Source of the DNA: Actinomycetota bacterium
GTDB lineage: Bacteria; Actinomycetota; Actinomycetes; Actinomycetales; Dermatophilaceae
DNA length: 60,763 nucleotides
Direction of reading: 5' to 3'
NCBI GenBank assembly: GCA_046731055.1
Contig: JBKPKI010000021.1
Span: 1-60,763, forward strand
Numbering within the stretch: the stretch's first letter is position 1; each line of letters opens with the position of its first letter. Shown in pieces: positions 53,465 through 60,763 of the stretch. The position numbers were made by a program, and so were the translations under genes. A model generated the notes under the pieces. That model had not been told where the DNA came from and did no database searches. It saw only the letters and a list, made by a program, of their open reading frames with translations.

Positions 53465-54015
53465 TGCGGCTGTCGCTGAGGGGACGGCGGTCCGACGACC
53501 TTCCGGCGGACGTCGTCGCGGCGTTGCGCGATGCCGACGGCGGCAAGGTGCTGTCCGCAGCGCCGCACGCCGACTCCCGCGCCTGGCTGGTGGCCAGCGT
53601 CTACGAGCTCGCGCTCGTCGACCCTGGGCGATCCGCCGGGGAGGCCCTGCTGTGGTCCCGCCCGTGGCACGAGGTGGACGCCGGGTCGTGGAGTCGGGAG
53701 GCGTCCACCTTGACGGTGACCTGGGCGGACCGCACCCGGCCAGCGCAATGGCACCTCGACGATGGGATGCGCGAGCGGGTCTTCCTCCAGACGCTGCGCG
53801 AGCGCGTCCAGGCCAGTGTGGTGCTCGGGGAGGAACTGTCGCTCAGTGGCCGCGGGACGGGTCGGGCGGTGATCCGCCAGAATCTGCGGACCGGTGAGCT
53901 GCTGCAACAGGTAGTTCTCGGGCGGGGCGTCCGGGAGGATGACGACGAGGTGGCCGCCGTGGTGGCCCGGACGCTGGGCTGGCTGCGCGAGCAGGTGGGG
54001 ATGCCGCAGCCCTGA
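53464..54015 (+). CDS. Hypothetical protein
   Basis: TGATG coupling to dnaG; plausible composition, PWHEVDAGSW and LRERVQASVV. Confidence 0.7.
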   Translation: MRLSLRGRRSDDLPADVVAALRDADGGKVLSAAPHADSRAWLVASVYELALVDPGRSAGEALLWSRPWHEVDAGSWSREASTLTVTWADRTRPAQWHLDDGMRERVFLQTLRERVQASVVLGEELSLSGRGTGRAVIRQNLRTGELLQQVVLGRGVREDDDEVAAVVARTLGWLREQVGMPQP

Positions 54016-54112
54016 CGGCGTGGAGTGCTTCGCCCATCGCCCGCGGAGGCGCATCGCAATGCGCGCACCTTCGTCACCGTGCGCGCACGTTCGCACATCC
54101 CGCACATGTTCC

Positions 54113-54150
54113 GGACATCGCGGACAGGATCGAACCTGCCCGCGATGTCC
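54113..54150. repeat. Palindrome (16-bp arms, 1 mismatch)
   Basis: GGACATCGCGGACAGG-N6-CCTGCCCGCGATGTCC. Confidence 0.7.
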
Positions 54151-54264
54151 CGGACCTGCTCGCAATCGGGGAGGCAAGGACCAGGTTCCACTCTGTCCGG
54201 GCGATTCCGCGATCGGGCGGCCGAGTTGCTAACCTTTCCCGCGCGCGCCGCCTCGCGCACGCAG

Positions 54265-54340
54265 TCCCCTATAGCTCAATTGGCAGAGCAGCTGACTGTT
54301 AATCAGCAGGTTCTTGGTTCGAGTCCAAGTGGGGGAGCCA
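54265..54340 (+). tRNA. tRNA-Asn (GTT)
   Basis: 76-nt cloverleaf: D-arm GCTCAATTGGCAGAGC, anticodon arm GCTGA-CTGTTAA-TCAGC, T-loop TTCGAGT and encoded CCA. Confidence 0.97.
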
Positions 54341-54368
54341 CCACGGTCTGCCCTGCGCCGGGCGGACG

Positions 54369-55322
54369 TCAGCGGCGACCGGCTACGGGCTCCCCGAGGT
54401 CCTCCCCGGGAGCCTCCGCCTCGGACAGCTCTACGGGCGCTTCGACGACGAGCGTCTCCGTGCCTCCGCCACCGGCACCGATCGTGGTACGGCCGCGCTG
54501 CCGGAGGCGCCGCTCGACGTACGCGGCAAGGGTCGTCAACGAGTAGTTGATGACGATGTAGATGGCGGCGATGACGATCATCGCCGGGACGATGTTGCCC
54601 CACGTGGATCCGATGCGCTGGTAGTTCGTCAGCAGCTCGTTGTAGGTGATGATCTGCCCTAGCGCGGTGTCCTTGAGGACCACGACGAGCTGCCCGACCA
54701 GCGCCGGGAGCATGGCAGTGACGGCCTGGGGGAGCTGGATCGAGCGGAGTGTCTGCCCCCGCGTCAATCCGATCGAGAGGCCCGCCTCCGCCTGACCCCG
54801 GGGCAGGCTCCCGACGCCCGACCGCAGCAGCTCGGCGACGACCGACCCGTTGTAGAGCGTGAGCCCGGTGACCACGGCCGCGAGCGGGTTGACGTCTGAG
54901 ACGAAGATGTTGTTGTACGAGTAGAAGTAGAACGCGCCCAGCATCATGACGAGCACCGGCACCGAGCGGAAGAACTCGATGACGACGGTGCAGGCCCATC
55001 GGATCGCCGCAACGTGCGACATCCGGCCGGTGCCGAAGAGGAAGCCGAAGATGCCCGCAAGGACGATCGAGATGGCCGCCGCCTTGAGGGTGTTGGCCAG
55101 GCCGGGCAGCAGGTAGTCGATCCAGACGTTGGCGTCGATGTCGTTGACCTCGATGCCGATGAACATGGCCCACTTGTCGGGGGCGAGGTTGCCGTGGATG
55201 CCGAGCTGGTAGAGGACGAAGGCGAGGAACCCAGCGACCAGGAGGCCACCGACGATGGCGGCGATGCGGTACCGGGCCCGCGCCTTGGGGCCCGGCGCGT
55301 CGAAGAGGACTGAAGCGCTCAT
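54369..55322 (-). CDS. gluD: Glutamate ABC transporter permease
   Basis: SVLFDAPGPKAR, EFFRSVP, GQAEAGLSIGL and LKDTALG. Confidence 0.88.
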   Translation of the reverse strand: MSASVLFDAPGPKARARYRIAAIVGGLLVAGFLAFVLYQLGIHGNLAPDKWAMFIGIEVNDIDANVWIDYLLPGLANTLKAAAISIVLAGIFGFLFGTGRMSHVAAIRWACTVVIEFFRSVPVLVMMLGAFYFYSYNNIFVSDVNPLAAVVTGLTLYNGSVVAELLRSGVGSLPRGQAEAGLSIGLTRGQTLRSIQLPQAVTAMLPALVGQLVVVLKDTALGQIITYNELLTNYQRIGSTWGNIVPAMIVIAAIYIVINYSLTTLAAYVERRLRQRGRTTIGAGGGGTETLVVEAPVELSEAEAPGEDLGEPVAGRR

Positions 55323-55984
55323 CGTCTTACCGCCAGCCGGCTGGAGAGGTAGCTCGTCAGCAAGCCCATCGGCAGCGTGATGATCACGAACCCGATGGCC
55401 ACGATGAGGACGATGGGCAACGCCAGGTCCGACCGGAACTCGGTCATCTCACGCTGGAGACCTGCGATCTCAGCTACCCCGATGGCGGTGGCGACGGTGG
55501 TGTTCTTCGTCAGCGCAATGAGGGTGTTGCCGAGAGGGGTGATCGCACCGCGAAAGGCCTGCGGAAGCATGACCTGCTCCAGGCTCTGTCCGAAGGTCAG
55601 GCCGACGGAACGAGCGGCCTCCGCCTGGCCCGCGGGCACCGTGTTCACGCCGCTCCTCAGCGCCTCGCACACGAAGGCGGCGTGGTAGATGGAGAGTCCG
55701 ATGATCGACCAGATGATGTTGTTGCGCACCAGGTCGTCGCTCAGGCTGAAGCCGAGGTTGACGATCATCACGATGTTGCAGGCGATGATGATCAGCGTCA
55801 GCGGCGTGTTGCGGACGATGTTGACGTAGAGGGCGCCGACCCGCTGCAGCAGCGGTACCGGCGACACCCGCAGGATTGCCATCACCGTGCCGATGACCAG
55901 TGAGCCGATGGCGGAGAAAAATGTCAGTAGCAGGGTCATCCCGAACGCCGCAAAGACGTTGTACTGGGCCAGCAGCTCACCCAT
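55319..55984 (-). CDS. gluC: Glutamate ABC transporter permease
   Basis: RVSPVP, RNTPLT, GQAEAARSVGL and KNTTVA. Confidence 0.88.
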   Translation of the reverse strand: MGELLAQYNVFAAFGMTLLLTFFSAIGSLVIGTVMAILRVSPVPLLQRVGALYVNIVRNTPLTLIIIACNIVMIVNLGFSLSDDLVRNNIIWSIIGLSIYHAAFVCEALRSGVNTVPAGQAEAARSVGLTFGQSLEQVMLPQAFRGAITPLGNTLIALTKNTTVATAIGVAEIAGLQREMTEFRSDLALPIVLIVAIGFVIITLPMGLLTSYLSSRLAVRR

Positions 55985-56043
55985 GAGGCTCTCGGTCCTC
56001 CCGTCGGGGCACGTCTGTCGAGGTCAGGTCATGACCAGCCGAG

Positions 56044-56078
56044 GGTATGCCGCCCGCCCGCTGGGCGAGCGGCATACC
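56044..56078. terminator. Intergenic stem-loop between gluB and gluC built from inverted GTATGC motifs
   Basis: GGTATGCCGC...GCGGCATACC; possible mRNA stabiliser or partial terminator. Confidence 0.55.
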
Positions 56079-56092
56079 GGTATGCGTGTTCG

Positions 56093-56968
56093 TCAGCCGG
56101 TGGCTCCGCCGGAGGAGCCGCACGCCGCCGGAGTGGGCGGATTCCCCGCGCCCGGCTTGAAGCCGGACGGTCCGAGGTTCTTTTCGACGGCCTTCTGCCA
56201 CTCGCCCGAGCTGATCCACTTCTTGATCGCGTCCGTGACCTTCTGGCACAGCGCGGTGTCGCCCTTGGGAAGCCCCACGCCGTAGTTCTCCGTTGAGAAC
56301 GTCTGGCCGACCACCTTGAGCTGGCCCTTGTTGGCGGCCTGGGCGGCATACCCGGCAAGGATCGTGTTGTCGGTGGTCAGCGCATCGACGCTCTTGGCCT
56401 TCAGGGCGTCGACGCAGAGGGTGTAGGTGTTGTACTCCTGCAGCTGGATCTCCGCGCCGTAGTTCTTCTGCACGTTGGCGGCTGAGGTCGAACCCTTGAC
56501 CGAGCACAGTTTCTTGCCCTTGAGCGACCCGGGACCCGTGATCGACGTGTCGTCGGCGCGGATCAGCAGGTCCTGGCCGGCGATGAAGTACGGCCCGGCG
56601 AAGTCGACGTCCTTTTTGCGCGCGTCCGTGATGGAGTACGTGCCGACGATGTACTTGACCTGGCCGCTCTTGAGCAGCGTCTCGCGCTGTGCGGACACCG
56701 CCTCGACGAAGCTCGGCGTGTAGTTCAGCTCCTTGGCGATGTAGTTCGCCAGGTCCACGTCGAATCCCGAGTAGGTCGATCCCTCCTTGAGGCCCATGCC
56801 GGGCTGGTCGAACTTGATGCCGACCTTCACGGCCTCGCCACCGCCTCCTCCGGTGGCGCCGCCGCCCCCGCCGGCGCCGGACCCTGCGGGCGTGCCGCTG
56901 CCACAGGCCGCGAGGCCGACGGCTGCCAGCGCGGCCACCGTGGCGGCATTGATCCGTCCGAGCTTCAT
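56093..56968 (-). CDS. gluB: Glutamate ABC transporter substrate-binding lipoprotein
   Basis: LAAC lipobox, GIKFDQPG, TYSITDARK, FAGPY and TTDNTIL. Confidence 0.9.
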   Translation of the reverse strand: MKLGRINAATVAALAAVGLAACGSGTPAGSGAGGGGGATGGGGGEAVKVGIKFDQPGMGLKEGSTYSGFDVDLANYIAKELNYTPSFVEAVSAQRETLLKSGQVKYIVGTYSITDARKKDVDFAGPYFIAGQDLLIRADDTSITGPGSLKGKKLCSVKGSTSAANVQKNYGAEIQLQEYNTYTLCVDALKAKSVDALTTDNTILAGYAAQAANKGQLKVVGQTFSTENYGVGLPKGDTALCQKVTDAIKKWISSGEWQKAVEKNLGPSGFKPGAGNPPTPAACGSSGGATG

Positions 56969-57044
56969 CCTGGTTGTTCCTCCCTGTTGTGCCCTGGTGC
57001 GTGGGCTGGATCTGGGTGAGGTCAGTGCCTACTAACCGTTCCGG

Positions 57045-57848
57045 TCAGTGCGTGAGGATCTTCCCGAGGAAGTCCTTCGCGCGCTCCGACTTGGGGTTGC
57101 TGAAGAAGTCCTGGGGCGCCGCGTCCTCGACGATCTGCCCGTCGGACATGAAGACGACCCGGTCGGCCGCGCGGCGAGCGAATCCCATCTCGTGGGTGAT
57201 GACGATCATCGTCATGCCCGACTTGGCGAGCTGGATCATCACGTCGAGGACCTCGTTGATCATCTCCGGGTCGAGGGCTGACGTCGGCTCGTCGAAGAGC
57301 ATCACCTTGGGATCCATGGCCAGCGAGCGGGCGATCGCGACCCGCTGCTGCTGGCCGCCCGAAAGCTGTGCCGGGTACTTCCCGGCCTGCTGGCCGACGC
57401 CGACGCGCTCGAGCAGCTCCTTGGCTCGCTGCTCCGCCGCCGCCTTCTTCTCGTTGCGGACCTTCATCGGGCCGAGGGTGACGTTCTGAAGAATCGTCTT
57501 GTGGGCGAAGAGGTTGAAGCTCTGGAAGACCATGCCGACGTCGGCGCGCAGCTTGGCCAGCTCCTTGCCCTCCTCGGGCAGCGGCTGGCCGTCGATGGTG
57601 ATCGAGCCCGACTCGTAGGTCTCAAGCCGGTTGATCGTGCGGCACAGCGTCGACTTGCCGGACCCGGACGGCCCCAGAACGACGACGACCTCACCCTTGC
57701 CCACGGTGAGGTCGATGTCTTGGAGGACGTGCAGGTCGCCGAAGTGCTTGTTGACGCCCTTGATCTGGACCATCGGCTCGCCGCCCTTGGGCGGAGGGGG
57801 TGTGGACGAATCGGAGTCCTGCCGCGAGTCGGCCGGTGCGTCGCTCAT
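57045..57848 (-). CDS. gluA: Glutamate/polar amino acid ABC transporter ATP-binding protein
   Basis: [22 protein letters not shown] and [12 protein letters not shown]. Confidence 0.92.
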   Translation of the reverse strand: MSDAPADSRQDSDSSTPPPPKGGEPMVQIKGVNKHFGDLHVLQDIDLTVGKGEVVVVLGPSGSGKSTLCRTINRLETYESGSITIDGQPLPEEGKELAKLRADVGMVFQSFNLFAHKTILQNVTLGPMKVRNEKKAAAEQRAKELLERVGVGQQAGKYPAQLSGGQQQRVAIARSLAMDPKVMLFDEPTSALDPEMINEVLDVMIQLAKSGMTMIVITHEMGFARRAADRVVFMSDGQIVEDAAPQDFFSNPKSERAKDFLGKILTH

Positions 57849-57995
57849 TGGCGCAACCTACCGTTCGACACCTTCCCCCGGGGTCACCGCGCAGCCATTT
57901 GCCGCCGAATTGTGAAGAAAGCATGAGAGCCATCTGCGCGTATGCCCTCAAGGAGGCCCGAGGTTGAGCCCGCGGGGAGCGGGTAGTGGTCAGCC

Positions 57996-58502
57996 ATGAC
58001 TGCAGATACCCGCACCGGCCCGGACCCGCAGACCCTCGACACCGTCCGGTCGATCATGAAGGACGTCCGGACGTGCATGTTCGTCACGACCACCGACGAC
58101 GGCAGCCTGCACGCCGCACCCATGACCACACAGGAGGCCGAGTTCGACGGCGACGCCTGGTTTGTGGCCAGCTCCGAGTCCGAGACCGTCCGCAATCTCG
58201 CGTCCCGATCGCGCGTCAACGTGTCGTATGCGGGGTCGAACGCGTGGCTCTCGTTGACCGGCACGGCGTCGGTCGTCGAGGACGCCGAGAAGAAAAAGGA
58301 GCTGTGGAATCCCTTCACGGAGGCGTGGTTCCCGGAGGGTGAGCACGACCCCTCGGTCGTCGTCGTCAAGGTCTCGGGGCAGTCTGCGCACTACTGGGAC
58401 AGCCCCGGTCGGATAGCCATGACGCTCGACATGGTCAAGGCGCGCGTCACCGGTAATCCGCCGAAGTCCGGTGACACCGGCAGCGTGGATCTGCAGAACT
58501 GA
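57996..58502 (+). CDS. Pyridoxamine 5'-phosphate oxidase-like general stress protein
   Basis: CMFVT...LHAAPM, DAWF, VNVSY, WLSLTGTA, ELWNP...AWFPEG and YWD. Confidence 0.85.
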   Translation: MTADTRTGPDPQTLDTVRSIMKDVRTCMFVTTTDDGSLHAAPMTTQEAEFDGDAWFVASSESETVRNLASRSRVNVSYAGSNAWLSLTGTASVVEDAEKKKELWNPFTEAWFPEGEHDPSVVVVKVSGQSAHYWDSPGRIAMTLDMVKARVTGNPPKSGDTGSVDLQN

Positions 58503-58524
58503 CACCGCGAGGAGGGCAAGCTTC

Positions 58525-59088
58525 ATGACAGACGAGACCGCCACCACATTGCAGGGCAAGACGATCGCCTTCGGTGTCGCCAACGAGGGCATCGAGCAGG
58601 TCGAGCTCGAGGAACCCTGGAAGGCGGTCAAGGCCGCCGGCGGGACGCCGGCACTGATTTCGATGGAGGCCGGCAAGGCCCAGGCGTTCAACCACCTCGA
58701 CAAAGCCGACGTGTTCGACGTTGATACGACGTTCGCGGAAGCCTCCGTGTCCGACTACGACGGGCTGGTCCTGCCCGGCGGGGTAGCCAACCCGGACACG
58801 CTGCGGACTGACGAGAACGCGGTTCGGTTCGTCCAGGCCTTCGTCGCAGCCGGCAAGCCGGTGGCGGCGATCTGCCACGCGCCGTGGACGCTCGTCGAGG
58901 CGGGCGTCCTGGAGGGACGACGGCTGACGTCCTGGCCGAGCCTCCAGACCGACATCCGCAACGCGGGCGCGACCTGGGTCGACGAGGAGGTCGTTCGAGA
59001 TGGCTGGCTGGTCACGAGCCGCAAGCCGGACGACCTGCCGGCGTTCAACCGCGCCCTGGTGAAGCTCTTCGCCGGCTCGGCCTCCTGA
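58525..59088 (+). CDS. PfpI/DJ-1 family (type 1 glutamine amidotransferase-like) protein
   Basis: GIEQVEL, LPGGVANPD, AICHAPW and TSRKPDDLPAF. Confidence 0.93.
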   Translation: MTDETATTLQGKTIAFGVANEGIEQVELEEPWKAVKAAGGTPALISMEAGKAQAFNHLDKADVFDVDTTFAEASVSDYDGLVLPGGVANPDTLRTDENAVRFVQAFVAAGKPVAAICHAPWTLVEAGVLEGRRLTSWPSLQTDIRNAGATWVDEEVVRDGWLVTSRKPDDLPAFNRALVKLFAGSAS

Positions 59089-59198
59089 CCTCGCTTCCCG
59101 CCTCCGAACGCCTGTTGCTGTCGATTCCTCGCCCGCGAGCCGGCGCGAAGTCGACAACAACGTGAGCCTGGAAGCGGGGTGAGGCGCAGGATGGTGCC

Positions 59199-59831
59199 GT
59201 GGCGGACGCATACACCTTCGACCCGGTCGCCCTCGGCGACGTGGAATGCGACGCTTGGGTGCACTACTACCGCCACGAGTGGGTGCCATTCCTGCGGGAC
59301 TCGCTCGGGCTCGTGTCCGAGGGCTTCGGCCTGGGGCCGCGGCGAACGCTGGTCGGAGCCTGGCTGGTCCTCCGGGCCAACCAGGTCTGGGCGCCGTACC
59401 CGGACAACGACCCGGACGCGGCCCGCGAGTACATGCGGCGCTTCTACGCGCTGGTCGTGGCGGACGGGGGCCTCGACCTGGATCCCGTCGAGGCCGCCCG
59501 CCGCGAAGTGCAGTGGTGGCACATCCATCGAGCCCACCAGCGCGAGGACCAGGTCACGGAGACGGAGCTCGTCGACGCGGTGGCGCACCTCTACGGCTAC
59601 CTCTACCTCGTTCCCGAGGAGACCGTGCGCGAGGCGGCGCGCTTGCGGGTCGCCGCGATGGCGCTCTCCGACATGTGGGTGGATGCGGGCTGCTCCCTGA
59701 CCGATCACACGCTCGTGGAGGAGCGTCGCGCGCTCATCGCCTCGTACTCCGCCCTGCGCGCGGCGATCGACGAGGGCGGCCTGGCAGCAACCCGGCCCGT
59801 GTCGACCTCCCGCCACAGTCGCCGAACCTGA
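59199..59831 (+). CDS. Hypothetical protein
   Basis: 210-aa ORF with GC3-rich codons; no family recognised. Confidence 0.7.
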   Translation: MADAYTFDPVALGDVECDAWVHYYRHEWVPFLRDSLGLVSEGFGLGPRRTLVGAWLVLRANQVWAPYPDNDPDAAREYMRRFYALVVADGGLDLDPVEAARREVQWWHIHRAHQREDQVTETELVDAVAHLYGYLYLVPEETVREAARLRVAAMALSDMWVDAGCSLTDHTLVEERRALIASYSALRAAIDEGGLAATRPVSTSRHSRRT

Positions 59832-59914
59832 GTCAAGGTCTGGTGCGCCTCCCTGAGCGGCCGCGGCGCGACGTTCCTTATGCCGGAGGACCGCTTGACG
59901 ACGGTCCGACCTTA

Positions 59915-59944
59915 TGAGAGATTCCTATCGATAGGAATCTCTCA
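59915..59944. promoter_or_regulatory. 30-bp perfect palindrome, probable operator of the adjacent HTH regulator
   Basis: TGAGAGATTCCTATCGATAGGAATCTCTCA between TTGACG (59895-59900) and the AGGAG RBS. Confidence 0.75.
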
Positions 59945-59954
59945 AAGGAGCGGC

Positions 59955-60557
59955 ATGGCCAACCCGTACAGCGACGTCGAGCTCGACGCGCGCGGAATGC
60001 GTGCACTGGCCCATCCGGTCCGGCTCGCCATTCTCACTCGGCTGCAGAACGAGGGTCCGTCGACCGCGACGCGCCTTGCCGAGACGGTCGGGGCCAGCCC
60101 GTCGGTGACCAGCTGGCACCTGCGTCAGCTGGCTGCCCATGGCTTGGTTCAGGACGCTTCCGACGCGGCGGCGTTGCGCGACCACGGCCGGGAGCGGTGG
60201 TGGGAGGCGGTGTCCCGCGGTTTCCGGTTCGCCGCGGAGCCCGACGACGACACCGCCCAGGCCGCCCGTGCCCTCGAGCAGGTGATGGAGAGCGTCGAGG
60301 GCGACCTCGTGGCTCGATGGCGCGCGGCGGACGAGCCTCAGCTCGAACCCCGCTGGCGGCGCCTGGCCGGGCGGGCCAACACCAGGATCCTCGTCACCCC
60401 GCAGGAGCTCGAGGCCGTCGAGGCGGCGATCGAGCAGGTCCTCGCGCCCTATGTGCTGCGCAAGGACCAGCCGGCCGGCTCACACCCGCCGGACACGCGC
60501 AGCGTGCGGCTGCTGCGCTACACCCTGCCGTCCAAGAACGACGGCTCGGCCTCGTGA
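59955..60557 (+). CDS. ArsR-like winged-helix transcriptional regulator
   Basis: MRALAHPVRLAIL, TATRLAETVGASPSVTSWHLRQLA and GRERWW. Confidence 0.9.
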   Translation: MANPYSDVELDARGMRALAHPVRLAILTRLQNEGPSTATRLAETVGASPSVTSWHLRQLAAHGLVQDASDAAALRDHGRERWWEAVSRGFRFAAEPDDDTAQAARALEQVMESVEGDLVARWRAADEPQLEPRWRRLAGRANTRILVTPQELEAVEAAIEQVLAPYVLRKDQPAGSHPPDTRSVRLLRYTLPSKNDGSAS

Positions 60558-60763
60558 CGGATCTGCAGACCACGCACACCCGACCGCTGTGGCGCGACCG
60601 GCGGTTCGTGACGTACTGGTCCGGCCAGACCGTCTCCCAGCTCGGCGACCGGGTCTCGGAGCTGGCGCTGCCGCTGATCGCCGTGACAACGTTGCACGCC
60701 AGCCCGGCCGAGGTCGGCGTGTTGACCGCGGCGATCTGGGCGCCGAACCTCCTCTCCCTCGTC
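60554..60763 (+). CDS. MFS transporter (runs off window end)
   Basis: GTGA overlap; LWRDRRFVTYWSGQTVSQLGDRVSELALPLIAV... Confidence 0.85.
   Translation, partial: MTDLQTTHTRPLWRDRRFVTYWSGQTVSQLGDRVSELALPLIAVTTLHASPAEVGVLTAAIWAPNLLSLV

Noticed and set aside
54265-54369. tRNA-Asn as an integration site for an island
   Set aside because: No integrase, no duplicated tRNA 3' end and no compositional shift; gluD follows directly.

Overview
High-GC (about 70% by eye) actinobacterial chromosome segment, probably Micrococcales/Intrasporangiaceae-like (inferred from gene order and protein style, not from a search). The core backbone runs lepA, hemW, DUF3097, hrcA-dnaJ-rsmE, HIT, phoH-ybeY-hemolysin-era, leuA (with Leu leader peptide), recO-uppS, zur/znuABC, glyQS, dusB, dgt, dnaG, tRNA-Asn and gluABCD. 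Small accessory modules are interspersed: TetR-P450, AraC-VOC, ECF sigma/Gmad2, a protealysin-like M4 protease, ABC plus two-component system, and stress genes. Three genes look disrupted. I saw no transposase, integrase, prophage or CRISPR. CIRCE, LexA and Zur boxes are recognisable. The most unusual signals are non-coding: (1) a highly iterated, non-palindromic 7-mer GTATGCS (about 70 copies by hand count versus about 12 expected), found on both strands, in all reading frames and in promoters; (2) a candidate structured ncRNA of about 170 nt at 9380-9551 on the minus strand; (3) a dispersed set of sequence-unrelated long imperfect palindromes, one apparently translated in frame inside the M4 protease. 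Family names come from motif recognition, not database searches. All counts are manual.
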